This document shows, one piece after another, positions 47,729 through 56,567 of a stretch of DNA of 64,000 bases. The notes under the pieces are model-generated. The model was not told the DNA's origin. It made no database searches and saw only the letters and a list, made by a program, of their open reading frames with translations. This DNA is from Dehalococcoidia bacterium (GTDB lineage: Bacteria > Chloroflexota > Dehalococcoidia > Plut-88900). Where the stretch lies: NCBI GenBank assembly GCA_965197645.1, contig OZ240219.1, positions 2,944,001 to 3,008,000 of the forward strand, in the 5' to 3' direction. Position numbers and translations under genes: made by a program. Every line of letters starts with the position of its first letter. The first letter of the stretch is position 1.

Positions 47729-49164
47729 TCAGACGAAAGGGGTAAAGAGATATTTCGCCTTAAGCCCCGAGACGTGAGACAGGACGAGGTTCGGGACCGT
47801 CAGGTAGAGGGCTGAAGATGGACGGAGGAACTCCACACCCTCCAAAAAATGTGCGCAAGTTGAACGTGGTGACCTAGCACTTCATCGTGGGGCCCTATGG
47901 CTAGGCTTCGCTCGATCTCCTTGGCATTGGTACAGGCTCTGAGGGCTGGGCATGCCTGACAGACAGCACCTGCAGCCCGGTACATTCGCAATGGGACTCC
48001 GTTCACATGTTGTATGCGGACGAACGCGAGCGCCTGTACCTGGGGACACTTGAAGCTGTCACTGTGCCCGCTATAGGTGAATCTGTCCTTGTGATATGGG
48101 TCTTTGAGGAACCGTTGGCGTGCCTCTGAGACCACCACCTACTGACCGCGACGGTCGCACTCCGTCAGGTGGCTGGCGGCGAAGTATCCGGCATCGGCCA
48201 AGGTCATCTGCGACTTCGTTCCCGTCGTCTCCTCGGTCTGCTCCATCATCGGCACAAGTAGGGCATTGTCATTGACCTCATCTACCATGTCCACTGCGGT
48301 GACCAACATACCAGGTATTCCCTCTTCGGTCTTCGTAGCCGAGACCATCGCTTGGGCGTTGTATCCAGCCAGCCACGATGCTACCATGCCTTCCCTTCAT
48401 CACCCAGGCCTCTGGATTGGTCAGGATGATGCGACTATGGCGTTTCTGACTGGCGAGGTCAGCCCTCGCCAGCCTCACCTGCTCTTTCAGAACCTTCTTG
48501 TCGGCCAATTCCTCAGGCAGGCGGGCAACGGCAGCGTCTTCTCCCGCCTCGTTCTGAGCCTCAAGGTCGGTTATCGCCTGCTCCAGACGCTCCAGCAGCC
48601 CCCTCAGTTCCGCGGCATCGTAGTTCCTGTTCACCGAGGCGTTGGAGGCTACCTTCATCCCGTTCACCGCCTGGATCGCCAAATCCACTGGCTCCATCGT
48701 TACTGCCGTGCTTGCCGTCCGCTCGAATAGCTTCCTCATGGACTGCCGATGCCCTTTATAGAACCGCCACAGGATATTGTGGTCGGGGTGCTGCCACCCA
48801 GTCAGCCACAGGCGCACGGGATCTGATCCCGGCAGCCCACCCCCAGCTTCCTGCAGGAGCGCACTCCCGTCATGAACCCGTACTACCATACGCTCAACAA
48901 TGCACGGGGGTGGTACGTGGCGTTCCCATGGAATCGCCATCTATGTCCACGCCGAGCTTTGACCAGACCTCCTTGTTCAATGCGTCGATGAACTCCGCCA
49001 CAAACCTCGCTGGGTGATCCTTAGGAAATAACTCGTCTAGGGACGGCGGCACCAACCACATCTGCTCTCGGTCCATATCTCGAAGAGGCATCCCGTCCAC
49101 TCCTCACCCGTTATTGCACCACAGTCTACACCCAAGTTTTCACAAAGACTTCTGAGACAGACTC
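47674..49164 (-). mobile_element. IS1182-family insertion sequence (defective)
   Basis: 15 bp terminal inverted repeats AGTCTGTCTCAGAAG (47675-47689) and CTTCTGAGACAGACT (49149-49163); AATT duplicated at 47670-47673 and 49165-49168. Confidence 0.88.
47800..49091 (-). pseudogene. IS1182 transposase pseudogene (at least 4 fragments)
   Basis: Fragments in different frames: REQMWLVPPSLDELFPKDHPARFV; WLTGWQHPDHNILWRF...AVNGMKVASNAS; GYNAQ...LADAGYF; FKCPQ...CQACP. Confidence 0.88.
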
Positions 49165-50142
49165 AATTGCGAACTTTTGTACACGATTCAGTACTTGACC
49201 AACCGGTTGCCTACTGTCCGCTAGCTTTAGCTTGACCGGCCACGAATCCCTAAATGTTACGTGTCTATTGAGTACTGTGAATGCGCATACCCGATTCAGC
49301 ACTTTCGCAACTCCGTGGTACTAGGACAAACACCGGCCGCCAGAGGTGATCGGGCGACATGGAGGCGCCGAACCGCACGGCGCGCGGATGTCGATGATCT
49401 GGACCTTTAGCCAGTCGTCTCCTGGTCATAGAGCCACCCTGTGGATCCGTGTTCGGATTATCATCACCGTACGGTTTGAGGGTCAAGCACCTCCTATCTG
49501 TTCAGTCTGTCCAGCAGGGTCCTGGGAAGAAGCCCTCAGCTTATCGCGCACATAGGTGGCCGGTCTCACACCGCTGTGCAGGGCGAGACCGTTCTGGTGG
49601 CTCATGGGCAACTCAACGTTGTGTTCCGAGCCGCCGTGAAATGCGCGGCTCGAGTCCAGTCTCGGTCAACTCCGCGTCTTGGCGGACCAGTGCTGGATGA
49701 TCTGGTATCTGAACTGCCCTACCGTCCGCTTGTGAGGCGTGGTGGCCGCGACGGGATGGAGAAGCCTTCAACTCTGGAGGGTCGGAGGCCCCTGGACTCA
49801 CCCGGAGTCCCTCGGCCAACTTCTTACAGCGCGACCTCCCACCGGAAGAAACATGGTTCACGGCAAGAATCGCGTCCCTTATTGGATAGACCGGTATTTG
49901 ACTGAACTCGCAGGACCTGACTATGATGCTACCACCTCGTTTGGGCAGCCCTTTGAGCCTGAAGACTCCCAATATCAAGAATCCTAGCATACGCTTCGAG
50001 GGTCGGTGGAAACGGTTTCAGCCGAGGACCCTGTGCCTGGAGTCTGGGGACGGGCTGCAAGGGAAGACAGAGACTGGGTAAGACCAGCCTACCCCTCGGG
50101 CGACCGTCGCCGGGAGACTCAAGTCGGACAGGCGTATAATCA

Positions 50143-51372
50143 ATGGCGAAAAGCAAGACCTCCGGTACAAGGCGGCGAGCGATGAACGCGCCAAAAACAA
50201 ATGCGCCCCTTCGAAACATAACGTTGAAGAACCTCTTGTCGTTCGGCCCTGAGGGTCTCAGCCTGGATCTTGAGCCTCTCAACGTGCTCATAGGTCCGAA
50301 CGGATCCGGCAAGTCCAATTTGCTTGACGGGATTGAACTCTTGAAGTCCGCCCCCGTGCAGGTTACAAACCCTATTCGCAGCGGAGGCGGTATCCGCAAT
50401 TGGATTTGGGGAAGACAGCCCGGCCCCACGGCCCGGGTTGAGACCATCCTGGAAAATCCCAATGACGGCAATCATATGCTTCGCCACAGGATCGAATTCA
50501 GAGAGTTCGAACAGGCCTTTCGGTTGGTCGATGAGAGGGTCGAAAACGAGCACCCCGACCTAGGACACCAAGACCCCTTTTTCTTCTATCGGTTCCAAGA
50601 GGGCCGACCAGCACTGGCGGTCAAGGGTGAGGATAACCGCAGGCCGCTTCAGAGAGAGGACGTAGCTGACGATGAGTCCATACTCTCGCAGCGAAAGGAC
50701 CCGGATCAATACCCGGAGCTGGCTCATCTAAGCAGCTTGTACGGGGGCATGAGGCTTTATCGCGACTGGGGTTCTGGACGGAAGGCTCCCTTTCGTCAAC
50801 CCCAGAGTACCGATGTCCGTCCGACTCCTCTCAGGGAAGATTTCTCCAATCTTGGCATGTTCTTGAATCGTATCCGGCAAGACCCTAGAACCAAGTCGAA
50901 ACTCATCGATTGTCTGACCGATGCTTACGAAGGGCTGAACGACTTTGAACTGAACTTCGAAGGAGGCACAGTTCAGGTGTTCTTCAGCGAAGGCGATCTT
51001 GCCGTACCGGCAACTCGACTGTCGGACGGCAGCGTGAAATACCTGCGTCTCCTGGCGATTCTGCTCAACCCGCATCCACCGTCAATTGTGTGCTTAGAGG
51101 AGCCGGAGATGGGTATGCACCCTGACCTGCTGCCGAAGATTGCCGACCTCTTGGTCGAGGCGTCACAGCAATGCCAGCTGATAGTCACTACGCACTCGGA
51201 TATTCTAGTTGACGCACTAACCGACCGGCCCGAATCGGTAGTCGTATGCGAAAAGCATGACGGCAAGACCTCGATGACCCGTCTCGATCGGCGGGGCTTG
51301 TCGAGTTGGCTGGGAAAATACCGCCTTGGTGAACTGTGGACAAAAGGGCAACTGGGGGGTGTCAGGTGGTGA
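50143..51372 (+). CDS. ABC/AAA_21-type ATPase (putative defence)
   Basis: GPNGSGKSN, LSDGS signature, VCLEEPEMGMHP, VTTHS, C-terminal LGELWTKGQLGGVRW. Start may be ATG 50182 (TATAAT at 50135-50140). Confidence 0.9.
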   Translation: MAKSKTSGTRRRAMNAPKTNAPLRNITLKNLLSFGPEGLSLDLEPLNVLIGPNGSGKSNLLDGIELLKSAPVQVTNPIRSGGGIRNWIWGRQPGPTARVETILENPNDGNHMLRHRIEFREFEQAFRLVDERVENEHPDLGHQDPFFFYRFQEGRPALAVKGEDNRRPLQREDVADDESILSQRKDPDQYPELAHLSSLYGGMRLYRDWGSGRKAPFRQPQSTDVRPTPLREDFSNLGMFLNRIRQDPRTKSKLIDCLTDAYEGLNDFELNFEGGTVQVFFSEGDLAVPATRLSDGSVKYLRLLAILLNPHPPSIVCLEEPEMGMHPDLLPKIADLLVEASQQCQLIVTTHSDILVDALTDRPESVVVCEKHDGKTSMTRLDRRGLSSWLGKYRLGELWTKGQLGGVRW

Positions 51373-51965
51373 AGGCGCACATCTACCTGGAGGGAGGGGG
51401 AGGGAAGGACCTAAATTCCAGATGCAGAGAAGGGTTCAACAGACTTTTGAAAAAATGTGGGTTTGAAGGCCGGATGCCCAAGCTAACTGCCAGCGGGGGC
51501 AGAGATTCCGTTTACAACGACTTCAAGACTGCCCATGCGGGCGCGTCCAGCCAGGACTATATCGCAATGCTAGTAGACAGCGAGGACACGGTCAAGGACG
51601 TCCACTCCCCCTGGGCGCATCTTCACCAACTGGGAGGTTGGAGCGTGCCGACGGGTGCCACCGACGAGCAGGTGCTGCTGATGACGACTTGCATGGAAAC
51701 CTGGATAGTCGCGGACAGGAACGCCTTGTCCGTCCACTACGGCAAGTGCCTGCAGGTGTCCGCCCTGCCAGCGGTTAGCAACTTGGAATCCAAAGATAGG
51801 TTCACGGTTCAGAAGGATTTAACCCACGCAACAAGGGACTGCATCGGCCCATACGAAAAGGGGGGAAAGTCCTACGAAATACTGGGAGAGATCAACCCCG
51901 CATCCATCGAGCCCCTTCTGCCCAGCTTTAAGAGGGCACGGGATATATTGGATGGAAAACTGTGA
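51366..51965 (+). CDS. DUF4276 family (TOPRIM-like) protein
   Basis: IYLEGGG, LVDSED, MTTCMETWIVAD, YEKG; overlaps the ATPase stop codon. Confidence 0.8.
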   Translation: MVKAHIYLEGGGGKDLNSRCREGFNRLLKKCGFEGRMPKLTASGGRDSVYNDFKTAHAGASSQDYIAMLVDSEDTVKDVHSPWAHLHQLGGWSVPTGATDEQVLLMTTCMETWIVADRNALSVHYGKCLQVSALPAVSNLESKDRFTVQKDLTHATRDCIGPYEKGGKSYEILGEINPASIEPLLPSFKRARDILDGKL

Positions 51966-52390
51966 AACTGCTACTCTCATCGCGACAACCGCACGGGTCC
52001 TGCGACACGGGCAGGTTGTTCCCTCCGGCTCACCAACGAGGATTCGAACCGCCTCTACTATAGTCGGTGCGCTCGTGGCGTCCGTGTGGGATCCGCATGC
52101 CAAGGACCATATCGTCGAGCATTAATTGGTCCTCACTTGCCGCTAGCGGGCACTTCTGGGTACGTCCTGGCGTTAGCCTCACTAGCCATTAGTATCTGAG
52201 CTTTACGTGTCTATTGTGAATTGCGAATGTTTCGGTGGGAGGTTCTGTTATAGTGCCGGCGAAGCCATGCCGAACAGTACAGATTGCGTCCAGTTCTATT
52301 TGGTGAGCCAACATCGGCTCACCATTCATGCGTTGTACGCCTTTTGATTCATCCCATTTCCATTGACGACCTACCGTATGATGCCCTTGA

Positions 52391-55192
52391 TTAATCAGAA
52401 ACCTTCATCTTAGACCCGAGTTCTCTCAAGAATTTAGTCGCCCCCATTAAATCGGTAAATCCGGGTTCCCCTTTGTCGTGGCCTCCACTAGCTGTCATAT
52501 TCAAGATTTCCTTCAGGCGTTTGCCGGCATTTGGATCTATAGTGACGATTATGGACCCAACTCCACCACCGTCCCACATATAGTCAGCCGTTTGGTCTCT
52601 CCACGCGTCAGGAACAAAGTCACTTGGCCCGTACTTTATTTTGGCTATGATGTATAGGCGTTCAATTGCGAACCGCACACGTATCCAGGACTCCTTAAGT
52701 TCCCCTTCCTTGGCTAACTTTTCAGCGTTTCGGAGACGTTCACTGAACCGTCGATTGCCCTCATCGATCACGCAGCCGTTCTTTTGGGACATTCGCGCCG
52801 TGAGTGTGACGTAATCAGGGCGTTCATGATGCCAGTAGCTCAGGTCTCTGGCAAAGGTCTCATTGTGAGTCAAAAGAAAAACTTGACGGCCTTCATCAAG
52901 GATCGGAGGCAAAACATCTCTGGCAAATGTCTTGAAATGGTCTTCGTCCATCGATTGAACAGGATCATCGAAAATCAACAAATCGTGTCCCAACAGTCTC
53001 GAACGGGTTACAAAGGCCGCTACTCCAAGGGCATTGACCTGAGACTCACTAAACACCTTGAGCGCATCAATCTCTTTGGTTTCAACCCCATCGTTGAGTT
53101 TGGCTTTAACTTCGAGAACAATTGGAAAACCCTTCCCTTTGGGTTCCGGGACTTGGAGATTACTGAACACGGAGTAAGAGTCCTCACGCAAACTTGACCA
53201 CACCTCCTGCATTCCCTGACTAAATGACGCTCTTCGACCCTCAAGGTAACTTCCGCGGAACTTCATCAGCTCACTTCTAATAGTCGCTAGGTCTTTTTGA
53301 GCTGCTACTTTTGCCTTCTCCCACTTGAAGTCATTTAGGACATCTGCCTGGGACTTAGCGCAGGAAATCCAGGATTGTCGGTTCCGATATTCTTCGTCAG
53401 TGGAAGCCGTTTGCCCTACGATGGCCTCAAGCGATCTAAACGCTCGGCGGTATTCTTCAGCTTGCTCGGGGAGGACCTTCAAATTATCGATGCACGTCAT
53501 ACATTCCGATACATGGGTTTCGACCGTTGCTAGGGTGTCAATTTGACCCATGTCTGCTTTGGCCAGGGGTTGAGCTTTATCCAAGTGTTGCCGCACCTTA
53601 GTTTCGATCCGAGATCGAACCCTAACCAAAGTCGAGACTGAATCAAAAAGCTCTGAAGATGCCCCTTTCAAGTGTTCATCTAGGTGTGGGAGGTCAGGGA
53701 GTGTGTCGCTGGCCTCTTGTATCAGGGTTTGTAGATCGCGCTTCAGTCCTTCGACTTCAGAATCGAAGTTGGCTCGGGCCCGTTTCTCAGCTTTCGCAAG
53801 AGGCTTCCATTCATCAATTTCCAGTAGACGTTTCTGAGTTAATGTTGTTGGGCTTTCATGACCGCACAAAGGACATAATTGGACAGCTTTTTCCCGATCA
53901 ATCAGGCCTGCCTGAATCATGCTTTCTAAAGCGTCCGCAATTACAAGGGCACTTTCCTGCACAGCGTTAGTTGACGCCTTTGCAGACTCATATTCCTTCC
54001 ATCTTGCTTCAATACTTGCTTTCCGCTCTTGAGATTCCGCCAAGATAGTCGACAACTCATGATTGGGCTGCTTTTTCGGACGCAATTGCGCCAGGGGAGG
54101 GAATGACTTTTGTCGGGCTGCACTTTGCTGCTGCTCCACCCAAGTCTCCACCTCTGCCAGGTCTGAGTCTGGGGATGAGAATTCTAGGGCTGCTACACGG
54201 ATAAGAGCCTCTGACAGGGCTTTAGGTTGAATGGTTTGTGAGCGCGACTTAACCTTCTGCGCAATTGCTTTAGCATCCGAGTTCTTCAGCTGGCCAATCA
54301 GAGTTTCCCACTGCGATAAGCCAGAGCTTCCTTGGGGACTCTTGAACCCTGGCAACTTCGCATTACCAATCACCGCCCTGCCAATAAGATCGGTTAGCTC
54401 GTCCAAGGCAAGGATGCGCTCGAAGTATTGCCTCCTACGGGAAGGTGGGCTTTGTACAAAAGACCGCAGAGTGTGCTGCATTAGCAGTGGTGATACGAAT
54501 GAAAACAATTCCTCTAAGACAGCGGCTTCATCTTCTTTCGACAGCTCTGAGCCATCCAAATGAAGTTGGGACTCACAAGAGGCCGTACTAGTGGTGCCGT
54601 AATCCTTGGTTAGGAGCCGCCTTAACACTAGAGGCTTTTCGTCTGGCGTTCCCGAGTGCCTGACAAATGCTGCTTCTACGAAGGTGCTTTCTTCGCTCGG
54701 CCGAAGTTGATTCTCAATACAGTTTTCCAGCTCTTCAGGGTTGCCTTCTCCATGTTCCTCTCGACGCGACAAGGAACCCCGGAAGAGGAACTCGAGGGCT
54801 TCGGCAAGACTAGTCTTACCACTACTGTTCTTTCCTTCGATGACAATCAGGGTGCCTGATAAATCAATTGGTTCCGGCAGAGCTTTGAATCCCCTAAAAT
54901 AGTGCGGCCTGATTGAGACAAGACGCAGCCCTGGTCGCTGGCCCAACTGTGGTGCATGAGTGGCTTTCAACTCCATAGGAACAACTTGATCATCCTCGGG
55001 GATAGCGGGGGCGCAATGAAGCTGCGTCCTGTTCAAGAACCACGACTCTAACCAGTCATCCCCCTCGTCGTCCTTTGACACGTAGGCCCGCACCAGGTCC
55101 CCAGCGGGCCCTTTTGCGTCCATCAGCAAACCAAGAGCTGTTGGCTTAACATCCAGATCTTTAGGTGTACCAGCCGCATTTCCATCTGTCAT
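52391..55192 (-). CDS. SMC/Rad50-like ABC ATPase with zinc hook and HEPN-like C-terminus (RloC-like architecture)
   Basis: FRGF, Walker A GKNSSGKTS, coiled coil with CPLC hook, FSESQ signature, LIFDDPVQSMD, LTHN; helical tail RVRFAIE...GGHD; visibly lower GC than flanks. Confidence 0.8.
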   Translation of the reverse strand: MTDGNAAGTPKDLDVKPTALGLLMDAKGPAGDLVRAYVSKDDEGDDWLESWFLNRTQLHCAPAIPEDDQVVPMELKATHAPQLGQRPGLRLVSIRPHYFRGFKALPEPIDLSGTLIVIEGKNSSGKTSLAEALEFLFRGSLSRREEHGEGNPEELENCIENQLRPSEESTFVEAAFVRHSGTPDEKPLVLRRLLTKDYGTTSTASCESQLHLDGSELSKEDEAAVLEELFSFVSPLLMQHTLRSFVQSPPSRRRQYFERILALDELTDLIGRAVIGNAKLPGFKSPQGSSGLSQWETLIGQLKNSDAKAIAQKVKSRSQTIQPKALSEALIRVAALEFSSPDSDLAEVETWVEQQQSAARQKSFPPLAQLRPKKQPNHELSTILAESQERKASIEARWKEYESAKASTNAVQESALVIADALESMIQAGLIDREKAVQLCPLCGHESPTTLTQKRLLEIDEWKPLAKAEKRARANFDSEVEGLKRDLQTLIQEASDTLPDLPHLDEHLKGASSELFDSVSTLVRVRSRIETKVRQHLDKAQPLAKADMGQIDTLATVETHVSECMTCIDNLKVLPEQAEEYRRAFRSLEAIVGQTASTDEEYRNRQSWISCAKSQADVLNDFKWEKAKVAAQKDLATIRSELMKFRGSYLEGRRASFSQGMQEVWSSLREDSYSVFSNLQVPEPKGKGFPIVLEVKAKLNDGVETKEIDALKVFSESQVNALGVAAFVTRSRLLGHDLLIFDDPVQSMDEDHFKTFARDVLPPILDEGRQVFLLTHNETFARDLSYWHHERPDYVTLTARMSQKNGCVIDEGNRRFSERLRNAEKLAKEGELKESWIRVRFAIERLYIIAKIKYGPSDFVPDAWRDQTADYMWDGGGVGSIIVTIDPNAGKRLKEILNMTASGGHDKGEPGFTDLMGATKFLRELGSKMKVSD

Positions 55193-55840
55193 AGGTTTTT
55201 CCTGTTCGCCGGATTAATTTTCGAAGTGAGAGCAACTCGCTATCGTTAAGAACAACACCTCGAAGTCTGATCCAAACAACTGGTCCAACTTTTGTAAATT
55301 GTCGCTAATCGAAGGAACTCGAGCCACTCAGATCTTACGTGTGAAGAGTAGCCTTTGACTCCCATTTGGACCCCTGTGTGCCTGCTGCATTGAAGCATCA
55401 GCATTAGTCACTTTTGTAAATCTAATTTCCTCTTATTCGGACAATTTGGTCACACAGAACCTCTTGGACGATCGTCGCGGAGCATTCTGCGTTCACAACC
55501 AGGTCGCAATGGGCGATGATCATGCCGAGGCCGACCTCAACCGGGTGGCTGTCGAAAATCAAGAACTCTTCCAGAGACCAACCTCAAACTTGTCTAGCCC
55601 GGCAACTGCGAAACCTCTCTTCTTAATTCACCTCCAAATAGACTGCCATAGTTGCTTCGGCAGCTTGCCGAATGGTTGTCAATATCCCTAAGTGCCGAAC
55701 TCCGTCCTTATTGACTCCATTTCTGTCGGGTCGGGACGTCACTCCGACCACGGACTTCGAAAGGTGGATGCGAGTCTAGGTAGGGGGGTTCTCATCGTAG
55801 GTCGGCCTGCGGCGAGGTCAATGCAACGGTTGTCCCGAGG

Positions 55841-56506
55841 TCATGCAACGCGAGCAATGACTTCAGGATCGTCATTGGCTGCGGAGTTGACCAGGGTTGA
55901 GACCTCGTAAGCCTCCATCCCATCGCCGGGATAGGAATTGAGCACACTGCTGAGAGCGCCCGGGTCTTCGACGCTCCCGTCCAGCCAGAACGCTTCCATT
56001 TCCCTGGGCAGGATAGCCGACATCCGATCGTGTATCGGCCTGAGCAGGTCACTGGCCGCGGTCGTGATAATGGTGCAAGACGGGATGCGGTTGCCATCAG
56101 GGCCTCTCCATACTGCCCATAGCCCTGCGAATGCAAAGGGCTCTCTCGATCGCATGACGATGCGCATGGGCCTCTTCGAGGGCCCGATCCGTTGCCACTC
56201 GTAAAAGCCGTCCGCGAGAACCAGGCATCTCCGACACCTCAGCGCGTCGCGGAAAGCGGGCTTCTCGGCGACGGTCTCCGCCCGGGCGTTGATCATCCGG
56301 GTGCCTATCTTGGGGTCCTTTGCCCAGTGCGGAATCAACCTCCAGCGCATCAACCCGCCGCGCCTCGTCTCTCCGCCTACAACTGTCAGGACCTCCTGGA
56401 TGGGAGCGACGTTGAATCTCGACTCGAACTTGACCCAATCGCCGTCGAACTCAAACCGCGCCGCCAATTCCCCGATATCGCCTATCAGACTGTATCTACC
56501 ACACAT
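55841..56506 (-). CDS. SOS response-associated peptidase (SRAP/YedK/HMCES family)
   Basis: N-terminal MCGRY, FNVAP, INARAET, RCLVLADGFYEW, FAGLW, IHDRM. Confidence 0.95.
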   Translation of the reverse strand: MCGRYSLIGDIGELAARFEFDGDWVKFESRFNVAPIQEVLTVVGGETRRGGLMRWRLIPHWAKDPKIGTRMINARAETVAEKPAFRDALRCRRCLVLADGFYEWQRIGPSKRPMRIVMRSREPFAFAGLWAVWRGPDGNRIPSCTIITTAASDLLRPIHDRMSAILPREMEAFWLDGSVEDPGALSSVLNSYPGDGMEAYEVSTLVNSAANDDPEVIARVA

Positions 56507-56567
56507 CTCCCGTCAATTATGAACTCCCTCCAGACGCAAGAGCAATCCTTGGACACCGGGATCAACG

